A DNA stretch of 64,000 nt from Minisyncoccota bacterium (lineage in GTDB: Bacteria > Patescibacteriota > Minisyncoccia > UBA6257 > 2-01-FULL-56-20): NCBI GenBank assembly GCA_036510525.1, contig DATCDU010000011.1, positions 2,241 through 66,240 of the forward strand, given 5' to 3'. Below are positions 19,174-29,051 of the stretch, one piece after another (position 1 is the first letter of the stretch; every line of letters begins with the position of its first letter). A program made the translations under genes and the position numbers. The notes under the pieces are model-generated. The model worked only from the letters and a program-made list of their open reading frames with translations. It made no database searches and was not told the origin of the DNA.

Positions 19174-20310
19174 GAACTTGGTGGTTTGTGGGCTGCCCAA
19201 ACCCGTCACGTAATCGTAGCGCTTGCGGGCATCGCAGTAATACTGGCAGTCGCCGTTGGAGCCGCTCGTGATGTCGCGGAAATATTTGAGCGTGCTCGTG
19301 GAGGCCTTATCGGTGTAGAACTTGGCAAGCACGGCGGAGCCGCCGAGCGCCTGGATCGCGGCCCACTGCGGTGCGCCTGCGCTTGTGCCGCCGACGGTGT
19401 CCCACGCGCCTTTCGCTTTGCTGCCAGTGCCCGTTGTGATGTAGATCGGATATCCCGACGCTGGATCGGCGTCGTACGAGACGTCCGGAATCGCGCGCAT
19501 GCCGTTTGCTTTTGAGATCTTGTACGCTGTCTGCCACGCCGGCTCTTTTTCGTATGCGCTCACGCCGCCGCCGCTCCCCGACCATGCGCTCTCCGCGATG
19601 AGCGCGCCGCTCGACGCGAGTTCCAATGACGTGCCGCCGACGCCGATCACGTTCGGCGAGGACGCGGGCCAGCTGGCGCCCGCGCCATCGTCGCCGGACG
19701 ACGCAAAGAATGCCATACTCGGGTTTGCTTTGCTCACGAAGTGCGTGTCGTACGTCAATTCATCGGAAAATTCCGCGCCGCCCCAGCTCATGGAGACCGC
19801 GACGACATCTTTCCGCGACGTCGCGTAATCGATCGCGCTCAAAAGGTTCGCGCCGCTCGGCGTCTTTGCCTCCACGAGTAATATCTTCGCGTTCGGCGCG
19901 ATCGCGTGCGCCCATTCTACGTCGAGCGACGTTTCCATCGCCCAGCCACTATTCAAAATGGTCGACGTTGCCATCTTATGCTTTTCAAAACAACCGTTCG
20001 CCGTCGTGCACGCCGGTAGGTTGAACTGCTTATCGAACGCCGCGAGGTCGCTCTCCATGTTCGCGTCATCGTAGGCGTCAATGAGCGCGATCGTCCCCTT
20101 CCCGCCGGTGGCGGGAAGGTTATAGATCTTTTTTATCTCCGCCGGTGTCACGCCGGAAGGCTTCGATTGTGCCGACTTGTATACGTGCACCGGCGGCTTT
20201 CCCTGAAAATCCGAGAACCGATATGCCGCGCGAGCGGCACCCAAGGGAACGAACGCGGAAGCGGCCGCGAGGATCGCGACAAGCACCGCAGATAGTTTTT
20301 TTGTTGTCAT
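19171..20310 (-). CDS. secreted S53/S8-family serine peptidase
   Basis: ETSLDVE, SSGDDG, PDVS, GGTSAGAP, YDYVTGLGSP; signal peptide. Confidence 0.9.
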   Translation of the reverse strand: MTTKKLSAVLVAILAAASAFVPLGAARAAYRFSDFQGKPPVHVYKSAQSKPSGVTPAEIKKIYNLPATGGKGTIALIDAYDDANMESDLAAFDKQFNLPACTTANGCFEKHKMATSTILNSGWAMETSLDVEWAHAIAPNAKILLVEAKTPSGANLLSAIDYATSRKDVVAVSMSWGGAEFSDELTYDTHFVSKANPSMAFFASSGDDGAGASWPASSPNVIGVGGTSLELASSGALIAESAWSGSGGGVSAYEKEPAWQTAYKISKANGMRAIPDVSYDADPASGYPIYITTGTGSKAKGAWDTVGGTSAGAPQWAAIQALGGSAVLAKFYTDKASTSTLKYFRDITSGSNGDCQYYCDARKRYDYVTGLGSPQTTKF

Positions 20311-20358
20311 GCGTGGAGCATACAACAATGGCGATTAAAACTATCTAAAAAACTATTA

Positions 20359-22296
20359 TTACCAGATCTTCACGCGATCGGATTCTTCTCTATAAAGTTT
20401 GTCGCCCGGCTTCACATCGAATGCTTCGTAGAATTCCACCATATTGGAAAGCGGCCCATTCACACGATAAAAACCCGGCGAGTGAGGATCCGTCTGAATC
20501 TGTGTCCGCAACGCTTCTTCCCTCAAATTGGCCCGCTCAGCTATCGCCAAATTCTTAAAAAATCTTTGGAACGGGGTCATTCCCTCAACGACCGGCGCTT
20601 TCGCCGCGGCCTCTTGTCCACCGAGCGCCAACACCAATCCGTCGTAAGCGATCAACAATCCTCCGAGGTCGGCGATATTTTCACCGAGCGTCAACTTTCC
20701 ATTCACATGAAGTCCCGGCAACGGCTCGTATGCATCGAATTGCTCCGCGAGGTGCGTGGTCCTCTCGTCAAAACGATCCTTGTCTTCTTTGGTCCACCAG
20801 TTTTGTAAATTACCATGAGGATCGAAAAGTGCGCCTTGATCATCGAATCCGTGCGTGAGTTCGTGGCCGATGAACGTGCCGATGCCACCGAAATTCATCG
20901 CATCATCGATATCTTCATAAAAGAATGGCGGTTGCAAGATCGCCGCAGGGAAAGTGATCTCGTTCATCGGTGGCGAATAGAATGCGTTTACCGTCTGCGG
21001 CGAACAATGCCATTCGGACCTATCCACCGGCTTGGCGATTTTTTTCATTCGGCGATCAAATTCAAACACATGAGCCCGGACATAATTTTGCAGATATGAA
21101 TCCGTGCCGATCTCGAGGGCGCTAAAATCTTTCCACTTATCCGGATACCCTAATTTTTTTGTGACCGTGGCAAGCTTGGCGAGCGCCTTTTCCCTTGTTT
21201 CAACGCTCATCCAATCCAGGTTTTTAATACGCGTTTTGTATGCCGCGGTGAGGTGCTCCACAAGATCTTTTATCTTCTCCTTCGCCGCTTCGCTAAAATG
21301 CTCCTTTATATATAATTGCCCCACGGCCTCATCAAGCATGTTATCGACAACGCTGAGCACCCTCCGCCAACGCGGCTTCATTTCCGTCGCTCCGCCAAAT
21401 GTGCGGCCATAAAAATCGAAGACTTCTTTGGTGAAATCCTCATTCAAGAAATTGGCTGTCCCGTTCAGCGCGCGCCACCGGACATACGCTTTAATATCTT
21501 CGAGCGCAACCTCTTCAAAGATACTGTTCACCACCTTCATAAATTCCGGCTGACACACGATCATGTATTCGGGAACCGGGGCTTTCATCGCTTCGAAATA
21601 TTTTCCCCAATCCACGCGCGGGGAAATCGCTGCGAGTTCAACCGGCGTCATCTTGTTATATTGCTTTTCTATATCACGCAATTCCACTTGCGTCATTGAT
21701 GCCTTGGCAAGTCGCGTTTCAATATCAATGAATACCTTCTGCACTGGTTCGTATTTTGCAATGGCGCTTGAGAGTGAAAGCATGCGATCGGCATATGTGG
21801 AATATTTTGCCCGAACCTCACGGCTCTTTTCATCGTCATTCAAATAGTAATCTCTGTCGGGCAGACTTAAGCCGTCCTGACCGAAATAGAGTGCCATGAT
21901 GTCGCTGTTCTTTAGATCCTGATCGACGCCGCATCCCCAAAACACACTTATCCCCTGACGGTGCAACGTTCCCAGGAGCGGCGAAAGGCCCGCAACTTCA
22001 GAGACGCCGTCTATCATCGTGAAAACATTTTTCAGTGGAGCATCTTTTAGTGCATCGAGTTTTTCCGTATCCATGCCGGTCCGATAAAAGTCCCGGACTT
22101 TCCGCGCATTGTCGTCCAGATCCGCATCGCTCTTCGTGGCAACTCCGTCCAGGATCGCTTTGATCTGTTTCTCCACTTCCACACGCAGTGCGTAAAACGA
22201 TCCCCAACGGGACTCTTCGGGCGGGATCGGATTCTCTTCGATCCACTTCCCGTTCACAAAATTGAAAAAATCGTCGCCTGGTTTTGGGATATCCAT
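20359..22296 (-). CDS. M13-family metallopeptidase (PepO-like)
   Basis: VNAFY, HELTHGFD, GENIADLGG. Confidence 0.95.
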   Translation of the reverse strand: MDIPKPGDDFFNFVNGKWIEENPIPPEESRWGSFYALRVEVEKQIKAILDGVATKSDADLDDNARKVRDFYRTGMDTEKLDALKDAPLKNVFTMIDGVSEVAGLSPLLGTLHRQGISVFWGCGVDQDLKNSDIMALYFGQDGLSLPDRDYYLNDDEKSREVRAKYSTYADRMLSLSSAIAKYEPVQKVFIDIETRLAKASMTQVELRDIEKQYNKMTPVELAAISPRVDWGKYFEAMKAPVPEYMIVCQPEFMKVVNSIFEEVALEDIKAYVRWRALNGTANFLNEDFTKEVFDFYGRTFGGATEMKPRWRRVLSVVDNMLDEAVGQLYIKEHFSEAAKEKIKDLVEHLTAAYKTRIKNLDWMSVETREKALAKLATVTKKLGYPDKWKDFSALEIGTDSYLQNYVRAHVFEFDRRMKKIAKPVDRSEWHCSPQTVNAFYSPPMNEITFPAAILQPPFFYEDIDDAMNFGGIGTFIGHELTHGFDDQGALFDPHGNLQNWWTKEDKDRFDERTTHLAEQFDAYEPLPGLHVNGKLTLGENIADLGGLLIAYDGLVLALGGQEAAAKAPVVEGMTPFQRFFKNLAIAERANLREEALRTQIQTDPHSPGFYRVNGPLSNMVEFYEAFDVKPGDKLYREESDRVKIW

Positions 22297-22376
22297 GGTC
22301 ATCATATTATAGAGCAAATGCCGCGCCGCACCAAAACACCTCGCCAACTCGTATCGGACGAGGTATACTCTGACCT

Positions 22377-23105
22377 ATGAAAAAGTATTTGATCGGCGGG
22401 GTTCTTGTCATCGCGCTCATCGCGTATAGCATATTCGCCAACAACGATTCGTCGTCCGTTGCGGTTGCTCCGGCGACGGGGCCGTCGGGAACACCCAGCA
22501 CCACCGGGCCGACCTCAACTCCGACCACCACGCCGCCTTCCGGCAATCCGCCGGGAACCGCAACCTCAAGTGCCGCCGTTGGTTTCGGATTCGGCACCAC
22601 GGGATCCCAGGTCCTGACGCTCCAAAAATTCCTCATCACCAACAATTATCTCGCCGGGGTCTCGGCGCCGACCGGTTACTTCGGGCCGATGACGCTTGAG
22701 GCGCTCATGAAGTTCCAGGCCGCGAACGGTATTTCCCCGGCGACAGGATATACCGATGCGCAGACCTTAGCGCTGGTTAATAGTGGGGCTGGTTCGGTGG
22801 GCACCACCGCCACGACGACCGGCCAGTACAAAGACGGCACTTACACCGGCAGTGTTGCCGACGCGTTCTATGGAAAGCTTCAGGCAACGGTGGTCATCCA
22901 GGGCGGCGCGATCGTTGACGTGCAATTCCCGCAGGCGCCGAGCGGCGGACATTCAGGCCAGGTGAGCGCGTTCGCGCTTCCGCAATTGCGGCAGGAGGCG
23001 ATCACCGCGCAAAGCGCGAATGTCAACATCGTTTCCGGAGCGACGCAGGACTCCGAAGCCTTCCAACAGTCGCTCGCATCCGCGCTCGCAGAGGCCAAGA
23101 GCTGA
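22377..23105 (+). CDS. extracytosolic FMN-binding protein with peptidoglycan-binding domain
   Basis: N-terminal TM, Thr/Pro linker, PG_binding_1 (TGYFGPMT, FQAANGI), YKDGTYTG and flavinylation motif VSGAT. Confidence 0.88.
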   Translation: MKKYLIGGVLVIALIAYSIFANNDSSSVAVAPATGPSGTPSTTGPTSTPTTTPPSGNPPGTATSSAAVGFGFGTTGSQVLTLQKFLITNNYLAGVSAPTGYFGPMTLEALMKFQAANGISPATGYTDAQTLALVNSGAGSVGTTATTTGQYKDGTYTGSVADAFYGKLQATVVIQGGAIVDVQFPQAPSGGHSGQVSAFALPQLRQEAITAQSANVNIVSGATQDSEAFQQSLASALAEAKS

Positions 23106-23848
23106 TGAAAGAGACCCGCGTCATGATGGGCATGCCCATCACCATAGAAATCGTCGACGCAAAAGCGACCAACGATATTTTTAATGAGGTTTTCACCTAT
23201 TTTGGACACATTGACGAAAGGTTCAGTACATACAAATCGACGAGTGAAATAGAAGCCATCAACCAAGGCAAGCTTGCGCTCACTGATGCGAGTGAGGAGA
23301 TGCAGCTCGTCTTCGCGATGTGCGAGGAAACAAAACAACAGACCAAGGGCTACTTTGACATCAAAACGCCGGCAGGAAATTATGATCCGTCGGGACTTGT
23401 AAAAGGATGGGCGATCTGGAACGCGGCGAAGCTGCTCGAGAAAAAGGGATTTGAGAATTTTTATATCGATGCCGGCGGCGACATCCAACCGCACGGACAT
23501 AATGCGGACAGCAAAAAGTGGGCGGTGGGAATAAAAAATCCGTTCAACGAGGTCGAGAACGTCAAAGTGGTTTATGTTAGTGAGGAAGGCGTGGCCACTT
23601 CGGGCACTTACATCCGCGGCCTGCACATCTATAACCCGCATGGCGGGAATGAACCGGTCAGCGAGATCATATCGCTTACCGTGATCGGCCCGAATATCCA
23701 CGATGCGGATCGCTTTGCCACCGCTGCGTTCGCGATGGGCGCCGACGGAATCAATTTTATAGAGCAACTCCACGGCTACGAGGGATATATAATAGACAAG
23801 AACAAAGTCGCCACAATGACGACCGGATTCGACAAATACACTTCCTAA
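23105..23848 (+). CDS. apbE: FAD:protein FMN transferase
   Basis: DPSGLVKGW, DAGGDI, ATSGTY, ADRFATA. Confidence 0.93.
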   Translation: MKETRVMMGMPITIEIVDAKATNDIFNEVFTYFGHIDERFSTYKSTSEIEAINQGKLALTDASEEMQLVFAMCEETKQQTKGYFDIKTPAGNYDPSGLVKGWAIWNAAKLLEKKGFENFYIDAGGDIQPHGHNADSKKWAVGIKNPFNEVENVKVVYVSEEGVATSGTYIRGLHIYNPHGGNEPVSEIISLTVIGPNIHDADRFATAAFAMGADGINFIEQLHGYEGYIIDKNKVATMTTGFDKYTS

Positions 23849-23853
23849 ACACC

Positions 23854-25344
23854 ATGAACTTCATCGACCGATTCTTGAATAACATCACGATGTATCGGCT
23901 CGTGATGTACTACCTGATCATTCTCCTCGCGATCGCGGCGATCTTTGGCGCGGTCGGCATCCTCCCCTACAGCCCGATCGCCATCATCTTCTCCACGCTC
24001 TTCTTGGTGCTCACCGCGTGGGCGGCAAGCGGCATCTGCGCCACGATCATGAAAGTGCCGCAAAACTCGGAGTCGGCGTACATCACCGCACTCATCCTCG
24101 CGCTCATTATCACGCCCGGATTACCGAACGATGCTTCGACCGTCATCTTCCTCGCGTGGGCCGCGGTGCTCGCGATGGCCTCAAAATACGTTCTCACCAT
24201 TGATAAGAAACATATCTTCAATCCGGCGGCGCTCGCGGCGGCGGTGACGGCGCTCGCGTTCGGCGGTACAGCAAGCTGGTGGATCGGCGGCAATCTCGCA
24301 ATGCTGGCGTTCGTGATCGTGGGCGGCGCGCTCATTCTGCGCAAGATCCAGCGCTTTGACCTCGCGCTCACGTTCCTTGTGTTCGCACTCGCGAGTGATG
24401 TCGTGACGCACATCGGATTTGATCCTGTCTCAACCATTGAAAAGGCGCTTGTGCACACGCCACTCTTCTTCTTTGCCTCCATCATGTTGACGGAGCCGGT
24501 CACCACGCCGCCGACGCGCCGCTGGCGCATGATCTACGGCGCGATCGTCGGCGCGCTCTTCTCGCCGTTCATAGCAGTCGGCGCCGTCACCTCTTCGCCG
24601 GAGCTCGCGCTCCTCGTCGGCAATATCTTCTCTTATATAGTCAGCCCGAAGGGCAAGCGCGTGCTCACGCTCAAAGAAAAAGAATCGATAAGCGGCGATA
24701 TCCACCACTTTACCTTTACGCCAGATAAAAAACTGTCGTTTCGCCCGGGGCAATATCTGGAGTGGACGCTCGGCCATGAAAAAGTGGATGGGCGCGGCAA
24801 CCGGCGCTACTTTACGATCGCATCGTCGCCCACGGAGGACACGCTACAGTTCGGTATAAAATTCTATGAGCCATCGAGTAGTTTCAAAAAGAAACTTCAC
24901 TCGCTCAAGCCGGGCGATACGATCGTGGCCGGGGCTCTCGCTGGCGATTTCACATTGCCAAAAGATCCGTCGCAAAAATTGGCGTTCATCGCGGGCGGCA
25001 TTGGCATCACGCCGTTCCGCAGTATGGTAAAAGACCTTGTCGACCGGGGCGAGCAACGCGATGCAGTGCTATTCTATTCCAACCGCACAGCCGGCGAAAT
25101 CGCGTACCGCGATGTGTTCGATGAGGCAGCGCACAAGATCGGATTGAAGACCGACTACATCATCACGGGCAACGGCAAGCGCATTGACGCGGAAACTATC
25201 AAACGCGACATCCCCGATTACCACGAGCGCATGTTCTATATCTCCGGCACTCACGCGATGACGAATGCGTTCCACAAAACGCTCCGCGAGATGGGTGTGC
25301 CGATGACGCACATCAAGACAGACTTCTTCCCGGGATTTGCGTGA
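23854..25344 (+). CDS. RnfD/NqrB-like membrane domain fused to FNR-type FAD/NAD(P)H oxidoreductase
   Basis: KHIFNPA and MLTEPVTTP in the membrane part; RRYFTIASSP and AGGIGITPF in the C-terminal part. Confidence 0.88.
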   Translation: MNFIDRFLNNITMYRLVMYYLIILLAIAAIFGAVGILPYSPIAIIFSTLFLVLTAWAASGICATIMKVPQNSESAYITALILALIITPGLPNDASTVIFLAWAAVLAMASKYVLTIDKKHIFNPAALAAAVTALAFGGTASWWIGGNLAMLAFVIVGGALILRKIQRFDLALTFLVFALASDVVTHIGFDPVSTIEKALVHTPLFFFASIMLTEPVTTPPTRRWRMIYGAIVGALFSPFIAVGAVTSSPELALLVGNIFSYIVSPKGKRVLTLKEKESISGDIHHFTFTPDKKLSFRPGQYLEWTLGHEKVDGRGNRRYFTIASSPTEDTLQFGIKFYEPSSSFKKKLHSLKPGDTIVAGALAGDFTLPKDPSQKLAFIAGGIGITPFRSMVKDLVDRGEQRDAVLFYSNRTAGEIAYRDVFDEAAHKIGLKTDYIITGNGKRIDAETIKRDIPDYHERMFYISGTHAMTNAFHKTLREMGVPMTHIKTDFFPGFA

Positions 25345-25456
25345 TCCAGCTTACGGATCGCCAGCCAAGAACCCGCTGCAAGGCGGGTTTTTGATTGACA
25401 AATTTGAAATATCTATTAAAATGTCTGTGTCCTTTGATTAGCATGGAGGTGGATCA

Positions 25457-25810
25457 ATGGTCGGTCTAATTTTTCTGGGAACCGACAGTTTGTTCTCAGC
25501 CCAAATAGCGATGGTTAACAAGCTGCTTACCCTTTACGGACTCCCCGTTTTGGGTGAAGAACCCCTGGAAAGCGAGGTATGGATGGCAACATCGAGTGTT
25601 TTCGTGGAATCGGACACATTCAGTTGCCGGCATTACGAGGTAGATATCCCTAGCCTGTTATCTTCTGCGAGCGGGCCCCAACAGCTTTTTCTCGTCGAGG
25701 CGGCAAAGGTCCCGGGGCTTTATATCAATGAATGCCCGGAGCATGGGAAACGTCGGTTTTGGGAGAAGAATGAGCGCGAGTTGCTCGCTTCTGCTCGAAC
25801 GGGCGGCTAG
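25457..25810 (+). CDS. hypothetical protein (monocistronic)
   Basis: TTGACA-16-TAAAAT promoter, GGAGGT SD and downstream terminator. Confidence 0.7.
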   Translation: MVGLIFLGTDSLFSAQIAMVNKLLTLYGLPVLGEEPLESEVWMATSSVFVESDTFSCRHYEVDIPSLLSSASGPQQLFLVEAAKVPGLYINECPEHGKRRFWEKNERELLASARTGG

Positions 25811-25954
25811 TCGCAAGAGCGTTTCATCCCAGAGGCAGTCCCGCGCACGGACTGCCTTTTTTCTTTTTAGCTTACGGATTGCTATTCTTAAAGATCCCAG
25901 CAATGGTGCATTTTTGATTAGTGGAAATGAGGGTATCCTTGCTAGAATTGAGCT

Positions 25955-26608
25955 ATGAGATTGCCATTCATTACGGAGTTCGATAAATCCATCACGGATA
26001 GAAAGGAGGATATTAAAAACGCTAAGGGCGTAAGATGGTGGGTGATTCTGCTTTATTTTTTATTTATTGCGGGAGCAATAATTTATGCCTTATTGGGAGT
26101 TTTAGCTCTTTTGCGTTCCGCATTCCCGACTTCTTCGTCTTCAATAAGCGTGCAAACAATGAACTTCTATAATCAAACTTCTTCATCCCCGTCCTCACTT
26201 TCTGATGCGAGTTTTTCCGAAGACATCCAATTAACTTCTTCAACACACACAACTCTTAATGAAGTTTTTAATCTTCTTCCAGTCATTCTGTATCCAGCGG
26301 GCCAACCTGTCGTCTTCCAGCCAACTCAACTCACCACAAGCACCCAAGAATCCGATGGGCTTTATCACAGCGTTCTCGAGTTGGACGTGTTAGTTGTACC
26401 AAATTTAGCAACTTCCACCCTTCAATCAGTTACTCCTCCGAACGGAGCCACGTGCGATTTGCCCTCCCTCTCTGCTTTTGGGACCATGCTGGGCGGTCAA
26501 TTCACCGGAAGGATTGATTATAGATATAAAATTAATTGTGTTTCGAATATACCATTTACAAGCACAACTTCTTTTCAGGTTGTCCATTACAATACTGTTC
26601 AAAGTTAA
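25955..26608 (+). CDS. hypothetical single-pass membrane protein, Ser/Thr-rich, low GC
   Basis: 217-aa ORF with TM helix near the N-terminus. Confidence 0.7.
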   Translation: MRLPFITEFDKSITDRKEDIKNAKGVRWWVILLYFLFIAGAIIYALLGVLALLRSAFPTSSSSISVQTMNFYNQTSSSPSSLSDASFSEDIQLTSSTHTTLNEVFNLLPVILYPAGQPVVFQPTQLTTSTQESDGLYHSVLELDVLVVPNLATSTLQSVTPPNGATCDLPSLSAFGTMLGGQFTGRIDYRYKINCVSNIPFTSTTSFQVVHYNTVQS

Positions 26609-26716
26609 TCGCGGGTGAATTCAAAGTCCGGGCTCCGGCTTACGGATTATCGGCCGAGGATTAATGGGCTTCTCACAATAGCGCTTCAAGAAAAAATTTT
26701 CTATACTATACAGCGT

Positions 26717-27958
26717 ATGTCAGACACTCATCAAAACGTGCGCGCGTATTGTCCGGATTGCGGTCCGGCGGGGGTTTCGCACGCTGTTGAGCGATGGTCC
26801 GTCCGCGCGAACGCGGTCGTGGGTGTGATGGAAGCGCCACCCGCCGCGATCTGGCGCGGGATCAAGCCTCTGCTCGCAAAGGCGCGGCCGGGGCGGCTTG
26901 CGCCCGTGACGGCGCGGTTCTTCGCGGCGATCGGCTTAGGCGAGATCAAAACGCAGCCGGATGACAAAGTGAACTGGCGGACGCGGGTGCTCTGGGAAGA
27001 GGCCGAGCGCCGCGGCATCGTCATGCGTGAATTCCGGCCGTTTGGCCTGCCGCGCGAGATCTTCTATGCCACGTACGGCGCGGATACACGCGGCTTTGAC
27101 GGGCTCCCCCGCCCGCGCGCCGCGCACGAGGCGGCGCTCGACTGGATGGACGACAAGGGCGTTATTTTAAAGAAGTTTCGCAAAGCGGGCGTTCCCGTCC
27201 CACGCGGCGCAAGCGTGGCAAGCGTAAAAGCCGCAGAGAAAATATTCCATGAAATCGTCGTCAATGAAAACACCGCCGTCATCATAAAACCCTCCATCGG
27301 CTCCCGCAGCCGCCACACGTATATCCACATCACGGATGTCGAAGCCCTACGCCACGCGTTCAAAAAAGCGAAAGAGCTTTCGCCGCGCGTCGTCGTTGAA
27401 GAAGAGCTCGTGGGCTTTGTGTTCCGCATCACGCTCGTGGGCGGGAAGATCGCGGGCGTCATGCGCCGCGAACCACCGCACGTGATCGGCGACGGCAAGC
27501 ACACCATCCATCAATTGATCGTTGAAGAAAATAAAAATCCACTGCGGCACGGGCCGATCTTCCACGAGCTCCCGCTCGGCGAGGAGACGATACAAATATT
27601 GAAAGAGCAAAAACTTTCGCTCGAGTCCGTTCCTGCCGCCGGGAGAATGGTGATCATCCACCCAAAAGTGAGCCGCTCGTACGGTGCGTCAACGACGGAG
27701 ACCACCGACATCCATCCCGATAACGAAAAATTATTTTTACACATCGCCGAAGTGCTCGACGACCCGCTCGTCGGCGTGGACTTCATGATCGACGACATGG
27801 CACGCTCGTGGAAAGATCAAAAATGCGGGGTGATCGAATGTAACAGCTTGCCGTTCATCGACCTCCACCACTTTCCATTGAAAGGTCCGACAAAAAATGC
27901 CGCAGGCGCGGTGTGGGATTTAATTTTCGCCGAGAGCGGAAGCGGACGGGTCAATTGA
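26717..27958 (+). CDS. ATP-grasp ligase resembling the N-terminal module of cyanophycin synthetase/GshF
   Basis: DDK, GVPVPRG, IKP, PPHVIGDGKHTI, GVDF, IECNSLP; no Mur-ligase domain. Confidence 0.8.
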   Translation: MSDTHQNVRAYCPDCGPAGVSHAVERWSVRANAVVGVMEAPPAAIWRGIKPLLAKARPGRLAPVTARFFAAIGLGEIKTQPDDKVNWRTRVLWEEAERRGIVMREFRPFGLPREIFYATYGADTRGFDGLPRPRAAHEAALDWMDDKGVILKKFRKAGVPVPRGASVASVKAAEKIFHEIVVNENTAVIIKPSIGSRSRHTYIHITDVEALRHAFKKAKELSPRVVVEEELVGFVFRITLVGGKIAGVMRREPPHVIGDGKHTIHQLIVEENKNPLRHGPIFHELPLGEETIQILKEQKLSLESVPAAGRMVIIHPKVSRSYGASTTETTDIHPDNEKLFLHIAEVLDDPLVGVDFMIDDMARSWKDQKCGVIECNSLPFIDLHHFPLKGPTKNAAGAVWDLIFAESGSGRVN

Positions 27959-28435
27959 CGCGGGCACGATCAAGTCTCCCAAAAAATTTAAAAAGTCATC
28001 GCGGCGCTCTTCCTGCCGCACTTCGTAATAGTGCCATATCGGATGACTCTCCGGCGTGTACTCATAGTGACCGCGCACCTCTCCATCGGCGAAGAGGCGG
28101 ATGTGGTATTGCCATTCAAAGTCCACCGGCCGCCGCACGCTCACGATCTCGCCGGAGTCCTTCCATGCAATAAAGTGGTTATAAAATCCCTGCTCGCCCA
28201 GATGCTTTACGAATACCTCTGCTGACTTGCCCGGCGCGAGCATTCCGAGCATGAAATCCTGCCTGCCGCTCGCATAGGGGTGGTGGATGAGCCCGGTGGA
28301 CAAAAGGATATCCCTCCCCGTGTTATGGAGGGGGTATATCATTTTCCAGAAGGCATACTTCGACCGATTATAGACCCCTTTTGGGCGCGGTAGCACCGAC
28401 TCAGGAATCCGCTCCCGTAATGCGATTTCTTGCAT
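27920..28435 (-). CDS. hypothetical protein
   Basis: 171-aa ORF with protein-like motifs WQYHIRLF and HYEYTPE. Confidence 0.7.
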   Translation of the reverse strand: MQEIALRERIPESVLPRPKGVYNRSKYAFWKMIYPLHNTGRDILLSTGLIHHPYASGRQDFMLGMLAPGKSAEVFVKHLGEQGFYNHFIAWKDSGEIVSVRRPVDFEWQYHIRLFADGEVRGHYEYTPESHPIWHYYEVRQEERRDDFLNFLGDLIVPASIDPSASALGEN

Positions 28436-28587
28436 AAATTAGCGATAAATCATAGGAAAACTCTCCTAAAACCTTACCTGTCCATTATAGCATATCGGCG
28501 GGAGGCATAGTAATATCCTATTCTATTCGCTCAATACGCTTGATCGCGTTCATTGCTTTTGGGAGTAGAAAAAGCTACTCTTCGGTG

Positions 28588-29028
28588 ATGAATAAATTCA
28601 AAAAGGCGTACAGTGGCCGCACAAGCACCAGCCATACAGGCAGCGGCCGGCCAAGCTATGGCCCCGCGCGACCGCGAACGGCCGGCCATCGAGACTCCCG
28701 CAGTTTCTCTGGTAAGCGCAATGAAACTGCTAATGGTGCCTTCCAAAAGTTCGACGCGGTGTGCAGCAACTGTGGAAAACGGTGCCAAGTCCCCTTCCGC
28801 CCGGATGGCACGAAGCCGGTCTATTGCAAAGATTGCTTCGGCACGCCACGGGAGGCACTAGCGGGCAAGAAGAAATTTTCCGCAAGCGCGGGGTCGGCCT
28901 TCAGCGCTCCAGCATCTGCCGCTGGCGGCAAAAGTATCGCCGATCTCACGCGCCAGATCGCTGCTATGAACACAAAGATCGACACGATGTTGAGGCTACT
29001 CCAGGAGGGCGGCGGGGAGGAAGAATAA
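28588..29028 (+). CDS. CxxC-x17-CxxC domain protein
   Basis: CSNCGKRCQVPFRPDGTKPVYCKDCF. Confidence 0.88.
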   Translation: MNKFKKAYSGRTSTSHTGSGRPSYGPARPRTAGHRDSRSFSGKRNETANGAFQKFDAVCSNCGKRCQVPFRPDGTKPVYCKDCFGTPREALAGKKKFSASAGSAFSAPASAAGGKSIADLTRQIAAMNTKIDTMLRLLQEGGGEEE

Positions 29029-29051
29029 AAGGTTTCGCAGACACTTCATAT

